From contig JBJMLU010000130.1 of NCBI GenBank assembly GCA_045805145.1, positions 5,392 to 69,391 on the forward strand: DNA of 64,000 nt, in the 5' to 3' direction. This stretch comes from Flavisolibacter sp. GTDB lineage: Bacteria > Bacteroidota > Bacteroidia > Chitinophagales > Chitinophagaceae. This document shows, in pieces, positions 11,601 through 20,225 of this stretch. The notes below the pieces were generated by a model. That model was not told the origin of the DNA and ran no database searches. It worked only from the letters and a program-made list of their open reading frames with translations. The translations under genes and the position numbers were made by a program. The first letter of the stretch is position 1. Each line of letters opens with the position of its first letter.

Positions 11601-11950
11601 TGGTACAGAAAATCTCTCCCCGAAATCGTATAACAGATCTCATTGGTGCGGTTAGGGTGAACCGAAGATGGTTGTGTTGTTTCATGCGAATGCTGAAACC
11701 GTGCAGGAACAGCGCTTGCTCTGAGGCTTTGAAGCTTCGGCTGACCTGGAAAAAATTGCGAAGGTGGAACGTAAAACTTTTGTAAGCGAACCATGGAGTC
11801 AACAGATAAGACACGCATCGGATCAACGAAGCGATTAGCCGGGCGATTGACTGCCATTCCCGGAGATTGCGCCACTGCCACCTGAAAGAGGATACAGGTG
11901 AAGAGCAGGCAGGCAGTGAGTTGTGGTCGGATCCTGAAAGAAGAAGGCAT
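8642..11950 (-). CDS. T9SS type B cargo (gliding motility-associated / CHU_C C-terminal domain) surface protein
   Basis: Signal peptide, repeated LDLGxDxxxC Ig-like units, C-terminal IPSAFTPNHDNKNDVF..IYNRWG..GWDG..GTVMLIR. Confidence 0.9.
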   Translation of the reverse strand: MPSSFRIRPQLTACLLFTCILFQVAVAQSPGMAVNRPANRFVDPMRVLSVDSMVRLQKFYVPPSQFFPGQPKLQSLRASAVPARFQHSHETTQPSSVHPNRTNEICYTISGRDFLYQDSVNIWTGDPTRTADGHVILSGEYADYSKTPLISGGLCMKTDDEGNVIWSKLYDSSGHKDFDFMNFFESLELHDGNILLAGRTENDISGNEDLALMKTDAQGNIIWLKTYASRYWQGYHGSGDYFDLAALKEDPTTGEIYFLGSHWSGPPTLTKIDPLDGHIFWSQGYEGYDSHYPFGIEFNGGNVLLFLLGNGYYNDSYIDVYGVRKTDGDTTFTKSIVQTCDRYAARLYGTFQVVQQDNGHYLMSGPTTGSFEFPAFTGTKDLYHAGIIELDEHLNFVKAYGFKNRHEGNSYNTRISLFPDGTGVFTMLHFFSGYNADAYISLFKNDQIYHQRKRIHINEGIPNEPNNLRMPDGGFLNIKTMGDSTKTALDGARIDYYRMHTSDTASLCLGVKDSSTSIWYFNFEPNYNLRVYSIQKNVMSESRPKSFVAHDFTTRIDPACQVISHCDTLSLQASAAVVCPGTGVTLSIHKNKECGSLVPLVYDTTWVRSVTQTSDSSYLFQIDQAGKKWIHASLLGCRLREDSVLIEVLPVRNSLDLGKDTVICPGNSLVLRAGKGFASYQWQDGSTDSSYTVTTPGVYYLTAVNSCGGVYHDTVSIMAHAPIPFSAGPDRSKCNRDTVHLDAPSGFLNYTWTNNYNISSTTAANIVVNPLTDTVYYIKAEKTPGCFAYDTVRVHVNTSPPIDLGADKSFCSGDSAVLNPGGGFSQYSWSNGNNSSTLVVKTTGTYSIIGVTAQGCKSYDTVRVVNVFSNPVVSLNHDQALCAGTSRILDAGMYTSYLWSDGSTGQKITVKDTGSYTVEVTDTHGCKGKDSTKITTVLPVPSDFLPADTLLCSYDKLTVSSLRPFNSYQWNTGGVASAITISQPGLYWLQVTDAKGCVGKDSLLVTPKDCMQGFYIPSAFTPNHDNKNDVFLPLLFGRVVKYRFSIYNRWGRQIFETTELQRGWDGTISGITQDSNVYIWLCSFQLEGGELKTERGTVMLIR

Positions 11951-12176
11951 CGGAACGCAAAATAATAACTGGAGGCTGAACTACATAGCGATACGACCAG
12001 TCAATATCGGAAAAAAAGCAAAGGGCAAACGCCAAAAGGAGCTATAAAAAATAGCGGCTGTTCGTTCTCATAGCCCATCTCACCTCTCTCCTGTCATCTT
12101 TCATCCTCCCTCATCATTCCTGTCTTCGGATTTTTAAGAACATCGCTTATCTTGATAGTCCTAACTGTTGCAAACC

Positions 12177-15100
12177 ATGATCAAATATTCCGGCCTGCTT
12201 GCGATTCTAACGATTTTCGTCGGCTTCAGTGTTTTCTCTCAACCCATCATCAAAAGTTTTTCTCCCTCAGGCGGTCCGGTTGGAACCATCGTCACACTGA
12301 AAGGAAAAGGCTTTGATACGGTTGCTTCGCACAACATTATTTTCTTTGGCGCCGTTCGATCAATCGCTTCTGCCAGCACGGATTCCACCATCGTCACCGC
12401 TGTGCCTTCCGGAACTTCTTACCAACCGGTCACCGTTACAAATAATTCAGGTACGGCTTATTCTTTGCTTCCCTTTGTCGTCACATTTGCCGGTGCATCC
12501 GGTCCTTTTACTTCCAGTAGCTTTCTGCCGAAAATCGATGTAACCACCAGCTACTATCCACATGCCCTCTCCATTGCCGATTTTAATAATGATGGCAAAC
12601 CCGATGTGGTGGTGGCTAAAGGAAGTTCTGCAACCGTTTCTGTACTAACCAATACCAGCAGCAATGGCGCGATCTCCTTTGCAGCGCCCAAAGAGTTGAC
12701 CGCAGCAGGCAATAGCCACGAATGTTCCGCCACTGGTGACCTGGATGGAGATGGAAAAATTGATTTGGTTACCGCGAACACCTGGAACACCAATACCATT
12801 TCTGTTTTTCGCAACACCACCATCAACACCACCATCAGCTTTGCTTCGAAAATAGATCTGGCCACCGACAGCAGTGCCTACTCTGTCGCCATCAATGACC
12901 TCGATGGCGACGGCAAGCCTGACATCATCGTGGCCAACAATGCTTCCAACAAAATTTCTTTATACAAGAACAGGAGTACAGCGGGAAACATTTTATTTGA
13001 CAACCGCATTGATCTGTTGGCAGGCACCAATCCTTTTAGCATAGCAGTGAATGACCTGGATGGCGACGGCCTTCCTGAATTGATCTATACCACGCAAAAC
13101 ACCAGCTCTAATTTATCGGTCATGAAAAACAATTCGGTGAAGGATAGTCTTTCCTTTGATGCTCCCATTGTCCTTGCCAATTTCCCGGCGCCTTTTGTAG
13201 TAGCAGTGGGCGATCTCGATGGAGATGGTCTTCCTGATCTGGCAGCGGCTTCCGGAGGCGACCTGGTCATCGTCAAGAAAAATTTAAGCACACCGGGTAA
13301 CCTTGCGTTTTCAGGACTGCAACTATCCTATGCAACGGCCAGTTACGCAAACGGTGTTGCTATTGCCGATATAGATGGTGATGGGAAACCAGACCTCGCC
13401 GTATCCAACCGGATGTCCAATAATATTTCCCTGTTCCGCAACACAGGCTCACCCGGCTCTATTTCTTTTGAAAGCCGCGTGGATTATGCGGTGGGTGAAT
13501 TACCAATTTATCTCGCAGTGGCCGATTTGAACGGTGACCAGCGACCCGACATTATTTCCGCGAATTCTTCTTCCACCTTCATTAGCATTCTTACCAATAT
13601 TATCGGAGCGAATGTGGCTCCCACGGTTCAATCCTTCAGTCCTGCTTCTGGCGTGCAGGGAACTTCTGTTGTCATCAAAGGAACCAATTTTAACGGAACC
13701 ATTTCAGTCACATTTGGTGGCGTTCGGGCGGCTTCGTTTACTGTGAATTCAGACAGCACCATAACAGCGGTTGTTGCACAGGGAAATTCAGGAGCTGTAG
13801 CCGTTACTACGCCCACCGGTTCTGCATCGCAGCCTGGCTTCAACTTCACCGGGCCTACCATTACTTCTTTCACACCATCCACGGGCGTATCGGGAACAAC
13901 CGTTAATATTTATGGAACCAATTTTACCAATGCCAGTTCTGTAAAATTTGGAGGAACGCCTGCTGCTGCCTTTACCGTAAATGTGCCGACTTATATTACG
14001 GCCGTTGTAGGAACTGGCGCGAGTGGTGACGTATCGGTGACCACACCCAATGGTACGGCAACACTGAGTGGATTTAGTTATGGAGCGCCTGTGATTACCA
14101 GTGTTGATCCGCGCTCGGCACCAGTAGGAGCTACAGTTCTGATCCAGGGAAAAAATTTCAGTGCCACTGCCAGCGATAATATTGTTTTTTTCGGATCGGT
14201 AAAAGCCCGTGTTGACTCTGCATCGTCCAACCTGCTGAAATTAACCGTGCCCGCAGGCGCGCGGTATGGTCCAATTACGGTTACTGTTAACCGTTTGACG
14301 GCTTACTCGTCGATGTTTTTCAGCATTAGTTTTGCGGATTCCACTGCGCTCTCAGCTGGTTCATTCAGCAATGTGGGCTCGTATAGTGCGGGTAATTATC
14401 CTTCCGCTGTCACCATTTGTGATTTGAATGATGATGGCATGCCAGATCTCATGACCGCAAATGCTTTGGGCAATAGTATTTCGGTGATAAAGAATATCAG
14501 TACGGTAGGAAATATTTCCTTTCTGCAAAAGGTGGATCTCCCCGCAGGAACGGATACCAAAAAAACAGTGACCGGAGATTTGGATGGTGATGGAAAGCCC
14601 GATGTAGTAGCCGTCAATTTCAATTCCGGAAATGCCAGCACCATTTCTGTATTCCGCAATACTTCTACTGCGTCCACTATTTCCTTTGCGGCAAAAACTG
14701 ATTATGCTACCGGCAATGGAACGTTTGGACTTGCCATTGGAGATATCAACGGTGATGGCAAGCCGGATGTGGTGACCAGCAGTGGCAACTCGGGATTCTT
14801 CTCGATATTTTTAAATACAACTGCGGCTACAGGTACAATTAGTTTTGCTCCCAGGCAGGACATCATCAATTTGAATCATGCCGATAATCTGGCCCTGGCT
14901 GACATGGACGGAGATGGCAGGACCGATATCGTTCTCGCAGAAATGGCTGCCAGCGCCGTTTCTGTTTATCGGAATATCAGTTCGGGTGGCAACCTCCAGC
15001 TCGATGGTCGCACAGCTTTTGCAGTGGGAGCGGGTCCTTTCAGTGTGGAAGTAGCGGATCTGGACCAGGATGGAAAGCTGGATGTGATCGCCAGGGGTTA

Positions 15101-16373
15101 CTCCGCAATTTTTGTTTTAAAAAATAACAGCAATACAGGTGCATTGGCTTTGCAACCGGTCTATGATTTTCCTCTGAGTACCATGAATGCTTCTCTGTCT
15201 GATTTGAATGGAGATGGCAGGCCGGATATTTTATTGGGACAGTCCACCACAGGAATTATCTCGATGATGGAAAATAAAACCGTGGCTTCGGGCCCGATCG
15301 CTTTTGGCAATCACGTGGATCTGAAGCCGGGGAATTTCGACACGTTTGTAGCAGCGGGTGACCTGGATGGAGATGGAAAGCCCGAACTGACAGCAGCGAA
15401 TACTTTGTTGTACACGGTGACCATCTACAGCAACAAGAGCGGCGCGCCGCGCATTGATTCTTCTTCTGCAGCAACCATCAGATCCGGCGATACGCTTCAA
15501 CTAACAGGAGGCGATTTTACCGGAGCCAGCTCTGTAAAATTCGGGGGCACACCGGCAGCGTCGTTTAAAGTGAATGATGCCACGCACATGGAAGCCGTGG
15601 TGGGTGGTGGTGCCTCGGGGAATATTACCGTGACCACTCCAAAAGGAACCGCGGACTATCCGGGAATTAAATTCATTCCGGTGATCAAGGTGAACGGACC
15701 CAGTACTGTTTGCGGTGATGCCTCGGTGCCCCTCACTTCTTCCGCTGATGCCAACAACCAATGGTATAAAAACAATGCAATCATTGCCGGCGCGAATGCC
15801 AAAACCTATAATGTTGTAACAACAGGCAACTATACGGTAAGGACCACGAGCAATGGTGTAACCACCACGTCTGTGACGGGTGTTGACATTACGGTTACTT
15901 CTGTTCCTACGCCTTCCATAACTGTGAATGGCAGTTCATTGGTGTCCAGTGCCGCTTCGGGTAATCAATGGTTCCTCAATGGCGCGGCCATCCAGGGTGC
16001 CACGGCACAAACCTATCAGCCCACGCAATCGGGAGATTATACGGTTCAAGCATCGGTGAATGGTTGCCTCAGTGCGACTTCACCCGCGCGCAGCTTTGTG
16101 ATCACTGCACTGATCGATCTTCCCAATGGGCAGTTCATTCATCTCTATCCCAACCCTGTCGTAGATCAACTGGTGATCCGGTATCAATTGAACAATACAA
16201 ATGTGATCACCCTAGAAATTTTTGACGGCAATGGAAGGTGGATCAAAACAGTGAAGGGATTGCACTCGGGTGATGTAGTTCACACAGAAGAACTATCTGC
16301 AGGGATGTACCTGATAAAAATCGAATCGAAAGGACATTCATTTGGAACGATGAAGATGATTAAAATAGAGTAA
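12177..16373 (+). CDS. FG-GAP/VCBS repeat and IPT/TIG domain protein with T9SS type A C-terminal domain
   Basis: Many DLDGDGKPD repeats, several PTITSFTP..G..V.I.G.NF IPT domains, C-terminal HLYPNPV..LSAGMYLIKI. Confidence 0.92.
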   Translation: MIKYSGLLAILTIFVGFSVFSQPIIKSFSPSGGPVGTIVTLKGKGFDTVASHNIIFFGAVRSIASASTDSTIVTAVPSGTSYQPVTVTNNSGTAYSLLPFVVTFAGASGPFTSSSFLPKIDVTTSYYPHALSIADFNNDGKPDVVVAKGSSATVSVLTNTSSNGAISFAAPKELTAAGNSHECSATGDLDGDGKIDLVTANTWNTNTISVFRNTTINTTISFASKIDLATDSSAYSVAINDLDGDGKPDIIVANNASNKISLYKNRSTAGNILFDNRIDLLAGTNPFSIAVNDLDGDGLPELIYTTQNTSSNLSVMKNNSVKDSLSFDAPIVLANFPAPFVVAVGDLDGDGLPDLAAASGGDLVIVKKNLSTPGNLAFSGLQLSYATASYANGVAIADIDGDGKPDLAVSNRMSNNISLFRNTGSPGSISFESRVDYAVGELPIYLAVADLNGDQRPDIISANSSSTFISILTNIIGANVAPTVQSFSPASGVQGTSVVIKGTNFNGTISVTFGGVRAASFTVNSDSTITAVVAQGNSGAVAVTTPTGSASQPGFNFTGPTITSFTPSTGVSGTTVNIYGTNFTNASSVKFGGTPAAAFTVNVPTYITAVVGTGASGDVSVTTPNGTATLSGFSYGAPVITSVDPRSAPVGATVLIQGKNFSATASDNIVFFGSVKARVDSASSNLLKLTVPAGARYGPITVTVNRLTAYSSMFFSISFADSTALSAGSFSNVGSYSAGNYPSAVTICDLNDDGMPDLMTANALGNSISVIKNISTVGNISFLQKVDLPAGTDTKKTVTGDLDGDGKPDVVAVNFNSGNASTISVFRNTSTASTISFAAKTDYATGNGTFGLAIGDINGDGKPDVVTSSGNSGFFSIFLNTTAATGTISFAPRQDIINLNHADNLALADMDGDGRTDIVLAEMAASAVSVYRNISSGGNLQLDGRTAFAVGAGPFSVEVADLDQDGKLDVIARGYSAIFVLKNNSNTGALALQPVYDFPLSTMNASLSDLNGDGRPDILLGQSTTGIISMMENKTVASGPIAFGNHVDLKPGNFDTFVAAGDLDGDGKPELTAANTLLYTVTIYSNKSGAPRIDSSSAATIRSGDTLQLTGGDFTGASSVKFGGTPAASFKVNDATHMEAVVGGGASGNITVTTPKGTADYPGIKFIPVIKVNGPSTVCGDASVPLTSSADANNQWYKNNAIIAGANAKTYNVVTTGNYTVRTTSNGVTTTSVTGVDITVTSVPTPSITVNGSSLVSSAASGNQWFLNGAAIQGATAQTYQPTQSGDYTVQASVNGCLSATSPARSFVITALIDLPNGQFIHLYPNPVVDQLVIRYQLNNTNVITLEIFDGNGRWIKTVKGLHSGDVVHTEELSAGMYLIKIESKGHSFGTMKMIKIE

Positions 16374-16670
16374 TGCATGGATGTTTGGAAGCATCGTTCA
16401 AGGTTTGTCTATTCCGCAAGCACTGATTCGGCGGACAATGGAAAGGATGCAGGTTGACAAACTGGTGGGACAGAGAAAAAAGTCGGGATACCACCGGCGG
16501 GACAGCGGTTTGAATTTGTAGTAATTTAAATCGATACCGTAGAAGTCCTCATTTTTTATTTCAATAAATGTCCAACCTTTATAGAGGGTACTGAAAGGGA
16601 TTCGTACTCCAACGATCCTTCTCACGGAAATTTCCACTCTTGCTGAAGATCACTTTTTAAATTACCGGCC

Positions 16671-18059
16671 ATGCTCCTTCTTCACAAAGCATCAATGATT
16701 TTTTGCTACGGCGAAAGAAAAAAATTCATCTTACCACTCTGCCTGATCCAAGTTATTTTTTTGTTTGTTACGATCAACGCAACAGCACAAGTTAAAAAAG
16801 CAATCGATAGAAGCCGGTATGTAACGAGGATGAATGATACGGTGCCTAAAGTTCGAACTACCAGTACAGCAGTACTCACCTATCAACCACCGGTTACTGG
16901 CACGCAACAGAATCCAAAAGCTATTGACAAAGAACTGATCTTACAACACTACCATAAACCGGATACCACGGTGAAATTTCAGGTCATTAAAAATGGAGCG
17001 GTGGTTCGTACAGAAACTTCGAAACTCAATGCGATCAGGTTGGGTGCAGGGGAAAAATTAATTCTTCAACCCAAAAAAGAAATTACACCAGTAGACCAGG
17101 CGACGGTGAACAAATTAAGATCGGTTTCTTCCATACAGTTTGACCGGTACAGTCTCAAAAAGCTTCCGGAAGTAACGATTGAAACCAAAGATTCCAGTAA
17201 CCAGCAAATCAGTTATCAATTATATTTTTTCCCTTATGAACCATTTACCTACAACGACACCAGCAAAAAATTCCAGTCCAGAATGGGATTTTTTTTCCTG
17301 AGGTCTGATTCAGCATCGGCAGTGAATCCAATTGATCCGGTAAATATTATTATTACTTCAGACGATTTAAAGCTGGCGAGTCAACTGTCTTTGAAAATTG
17401 ATCATCTGAATTTTCCACCGACAGATGTAGACCTCGCAGGCGATGATCTGAGTGATTCCGTGGAGATCCGGGTGATTACGGCCTCCAGGCCCGAGGGATA
17501 TCAAACCTTTTTGAAGATCAAACCTGCACTGGAAATCTCTACCACGGCTTCTTCCCTCCAGGGATACGGGGTTCAGAAAATTCCGGTGGATGTAAGAATG
17601 ATCGGATCGACTTCTGCAGATTCAATCAGGGTTACCCTCACTCCTTCGAAAGGAAAGCTGACAAATGAATCGATGATGCTCCGGTATAATACACCGCAAA
17701 TCGTTTACCTGACTTCGGCAGGCACTGGCCAAACGCTGATCTCGGCAAAGTCCAGCAACCTGGAGTCTCACCTGTATTTGCAGTACGATTTTCCCTGGTA
17801 TTTTTTACTGGCTTCTCTTCTTGGCGGATTATTAGGAGGGTTTGCTCAATTCTTTACAGGCGATAATAAAAAGTTTTCCGCGCGGCCCATCGTTGGTGGC
17901 GTGTTCGCCGGACTTGTTGGTGCGATGGCCTACTATGGGCTTGGCATCAGTCTTTTGAATTTTAAGTTCAGCGCTGAAATGAATGAATTTTCTGTACTTG
18001 CACTCAGTGCCTTGTTTGGTTATTTTGGAATACCGAAAAGCAAACCGGTAACCCCATGA
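16671..18059 (+). CDS. Hypothetical protein with N-terminal signal-like segment and about three C-terminal TM helices
   Basis: 462-aa ORF with Gly-rich hydrophobic C-terminal helices (LLASLLGGLLGGFAQFF, IVGGVFAGLVGAMAYYGL). True start uncertain. Confidence 0.7.
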   Translation: MLLLHKASMIFCYGERKKFILPLCLIQVIFLFVTINATAQVKKAIDRSRYVTRMNDTVPKVRTTSTAVLTYQPPVTGTQQNPKAIDKELILQHYHKPDTTVKFQVIKNGAVVRTETSKLNAIRLGAGEKLILQPKKEITPVDQATVNKLRSVSSIQFDRYSLKKLPEVTIETKDSSNQQISYQLYFFPYEPFTYNDTSKKFQSRMGFFFLRSDSASAVNPIDPVNIIITSDDLKLASQLSLKIDHLNFPPTDVDLAGDDLSDSVEIRVITASRPEGYQTFLKIKPALEISTTASSLQGYGVQKIPVDVRMIGSTSADSIRVTLTPSKGKLTNESMMLRYNTPQIVYLTSAGTGQTLISAKSSNLESHLYLQYDFPWYFLLASLLGGLLGGFAQFFTGDNKKFSARPIVGGVFAGLVGAMAYYGLGISLLNFKFSAEMNEFSVLALSALFGYFGIPKSKPVTP

Positions 18060-18175
18060 AACCGTGGTCGGGTGAAGTGATTCATCTAGAAAATCTTCCT
18101 GCGGGTGTGTACATGATAAAGATGGATGTAAGGGCCGGTCGTTTGAAACGGGTGAAGATGATCAAGGTGGGGTAA
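18056..18175 (+). pseudogene. Orphan fragment of a T9SS type A C-terminal domain
   Basis: Hand translation MKPWSGEVIHLENLPAGVYMIKMDVRAGRLKRVKMIKVG* aligns with the end of 12177-16373 (HSGDVVHTEELSAGMYLIKIESKGHSFGTMKMIKIE*). Confidence 0.65.
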
Positions 18176-18348
18176 TGAGCAACCCATACAGATGGTAGTC
18201 GATGTTGAAAAAATTGTTTTCCGTTGGGGTTGAATTTGGTTTCATGAAATGGAGTATCTATATAAATACAGTGATATAATTCAAAAATTTCTTCTGACTT
18301 GCAAAATCAGCTTTACTTTTCTTATACGTTGCCTATTTTAAAGACTTC

Positions 18349-18406
18349 ATGACAGAACCCTGAACAGCTGGCGAGAGACCGCATTGACCAACAATTAATT
18401 GACTAA
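18349..18406 (+). pseudogene. Putative 5' remnant of a type I restriction subunit (HsdR)
   Basis: ATG, one extra base, then QNPEQLARDRIDQQLID*. Resembles the NPEQxARDxID N-terminus of EcoAI/EcoEI-type HsdR as I recall it. Very short, not verified by search. Confidence 0.5.
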
Positions 18407-18519
18407 AGCAAAGTATTTTAAAAAAGGCTTTTGAAGGAATATTGGTAAAGAATGAAAAATAAAGTAAATTTTAAAATTGGTTTTATTCAGCAACATACTC
18501 ATCAAACAAGAATTAAGTA

Positions 18520-19428
18520 ATGACCGGACAACTACCATCAAAAGAGCAAAGAAAATATTTCTACACAATTATTTTTTTGATGTTAATTGCGATATTCTTA
18601 ATACGACATATGCTTATGCCTTACTTAAGTGGTCAAAAAATAGAATTGAATAACGAAGTTTTATATAAAATTTTAGATGACCTTTTTACAAGTATATTAG
18701 TAACTATTGGCTTGGGAATTTTTTTGTTTTGGCTAACGCCAAAGAATAAGGCGAATGCACAAATCAAAATATTGCAACCTATAGAAATAGGTTCAACAAT
18801 GACGAAAGCCAGGCTGGAAACTGAAAAATGGTGGTTCAATGGTGGTAGTGGAAGATATACAAGATCGCAAACTCTTCCATATCTGGCTAATTTGGCTCGA
18901 CAAAGAGGCAAATCAATCGAGGTCGTTATACAAATAATGAATCCAAATAATCAAAAAACATGTAGACGTTATGCAGAATATAGAAATAGTTTAAAGTCCG
19001 GTATGCGAAACAAGAAATCAGAAAAGAGTGTTCAGATCGATTTGCTATCTACCATAGTCGCTGCATATATGTGGAGATACGAGCAGCCCTTGCTCGATAT
19101 TACATTAGGTTTAAAAGATAGTTTCTCATTGTTTCGTACGGATATATCATCTACTACTGCCCTTATTACTAAGGAAGATCCAATTGAGCCTGCACTATTG
19201 TATGAAAATGGAACCTTTTTTTATGATGCATATTGCCAAGATCTAAAACAAAGTTTAAACCAGGTCACCAGATTAGATATGTCTATTTCATTTGTTGGAG
19301 TGAATGAAATTGCAGTCTCGAATACAAAGGAACTTTTACAGCATTTAGGATTTAGTGATTTAGTAAATGACTCAGAAATTGGTGATATAATTTCTAAGGC
19401 CAAGAGTAACGAGAATCCATATGGATAG
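18520..19428 (+). CDS. Hypothetical protein with two N-terminal TM helices and a cytoplasmic alpha/beta domain
   Basis: Hydrophobic segments YFYTIIFLMLIAIFLI and FTSILVTIGLGIFLFWL, then WWFNGGSGRYTRSQTLP..VVIQIMNPNN. AT-rich. Overlaps the next gene by 8 nt. Confidence 0.8.
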   Translation: MTGQLPSKEQRKYFYTIIFLMLIAIFLIRHMLMPYLSGQKIELNNEVLYKILDDLFTSILVTIGLGIFLFWLTPKNKANAQIKILQPIEIGSTMTKARLETEKWWFNGGSGRYTRSQTLPYLANLARQRGKSIEVVIQIMNPNNQKTCRRYAEYRNSLKSGMRNKKSEKSVQIDLLSTIVAAYMWRYEQPLLDITLGLKDSFSLFRTDISSTTALITKEDPIEPALLYENGTFFYDAYCQDLKQSLNQVTRLDMSISFVGVNEIAVSNTKELLQHLGFSDLVNDSEIGDIISKAKSNENPYG

Positions 19429-20059
19429 ATGCTTGAATAACTTATATAAAAGTTTAGAAGCTGAAAGACCTGTACAAGAAGTTAAGAGAAATATCTTGTC
19501 ATGTTTTCCCGATTTTAAAATCATTGCCAAATATCATCCTCTTGGTTTTTATGCTTTTACTCTTGGAAAATTAGATGATATCGTAACAGTAAGACTGCAC
19601 GTATGGCCTGTTGAGGCAAAAGTCCAAAATGAAAACTTGCTAATTCATAATCATGTTTTCAATTTTAAAAGTTTGGTTTTGTTTGGTGCAATTACTAACA
19701 AAACTTATACGGTTCAAGAATCAAATGAAGGCGATGGCAATTTATTTAAAGTTGAGTACTTCGAAAAAGGTTCTCGGTTAACAAAGTTGGCAGGTAATTA
19801 CCGATTGTTACCCCCTGTCATTACTCAAGTCAGCGAAGGACAATATTATTCAGTTATGTCAACCGAATTTCACGAGTCATTAAATACTGGTAAACGATTT
19901 TCGGTTACTATTTTGTATACTAAATCCGTTTCCAACAGTACACCTCTTGTTTTTGGCAAGAATTTCAAAGAGGACTCTATTGAATTTGAAAGAAACGAAT
20001 TGCCGGTTGATGAATTTGATTCAATAAAAAATAAAGTAGTAGAAGTCCTTCAGACATAA
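19421..20059 (+). CDS. Cupin-fold, probably metal-binding, hypothetical protein
   Basis: HPLGF..RLHVW..IHNHVFNFKSLVLFG..FHES gives an HxH motif plus a distal His, as in cysteine-dioxygenase-like cupins. AT-rich. Confidence 0.78.
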   Translation: MDRCLNNLYKSLEAERPVQEVKRNILSCFPDFKIIAKYHPLGFYAFTLGKLDDIVTVRLHVWPVEAKVQNENLLIHNHVFNFKSLVLFGAITNKTYTVQESNEGDGNLFKVEYFEKGSRLTKLAGNYRLLPPVITQVSEGQYYSVMSTEFHESLNTGKRFSVTILYTKSVSNSTPLVFGKNFKEDSIEFERNELPVDEFDSIKNKVVEVLQT

Positions 20060-20111
20060 ATTATTAAATCTATGCCTAGTTTGAAATTTATACTTTTATT
20101 TAAACTTAAAA

Positions 20112-20183
20112 ATGTCTACCTATCAAATCATATCCAAAGTCCGGGCTTTCCGCAATACCCTTCGTGATGCGAATGAAAAATAA
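20112..20183 (+). pseudogene. Putative 5' remnant of a type I methyltransferase (HsdM)
   Basis: MSTYQIISKVRAFRNTLRDANEK*. Two T>C changes (TGG>CGG, TGC>CGC) would convert the IISKVWxFCNTLRD N-terminus I recall for EcoEI-type HsdM into this sequence. Confidence 0.6.
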
Positions 20184-20225
20184 ATCAGAAAAATTATTTA
20201 TGCAAGTCTGCAACGCTCAAGGCTA

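Noticed and set aside
16398-16637. 79-aa minus-strand ORF between two plus-strand genes
   Set aside because: Non-ATG start, no motif, no supporting signals.
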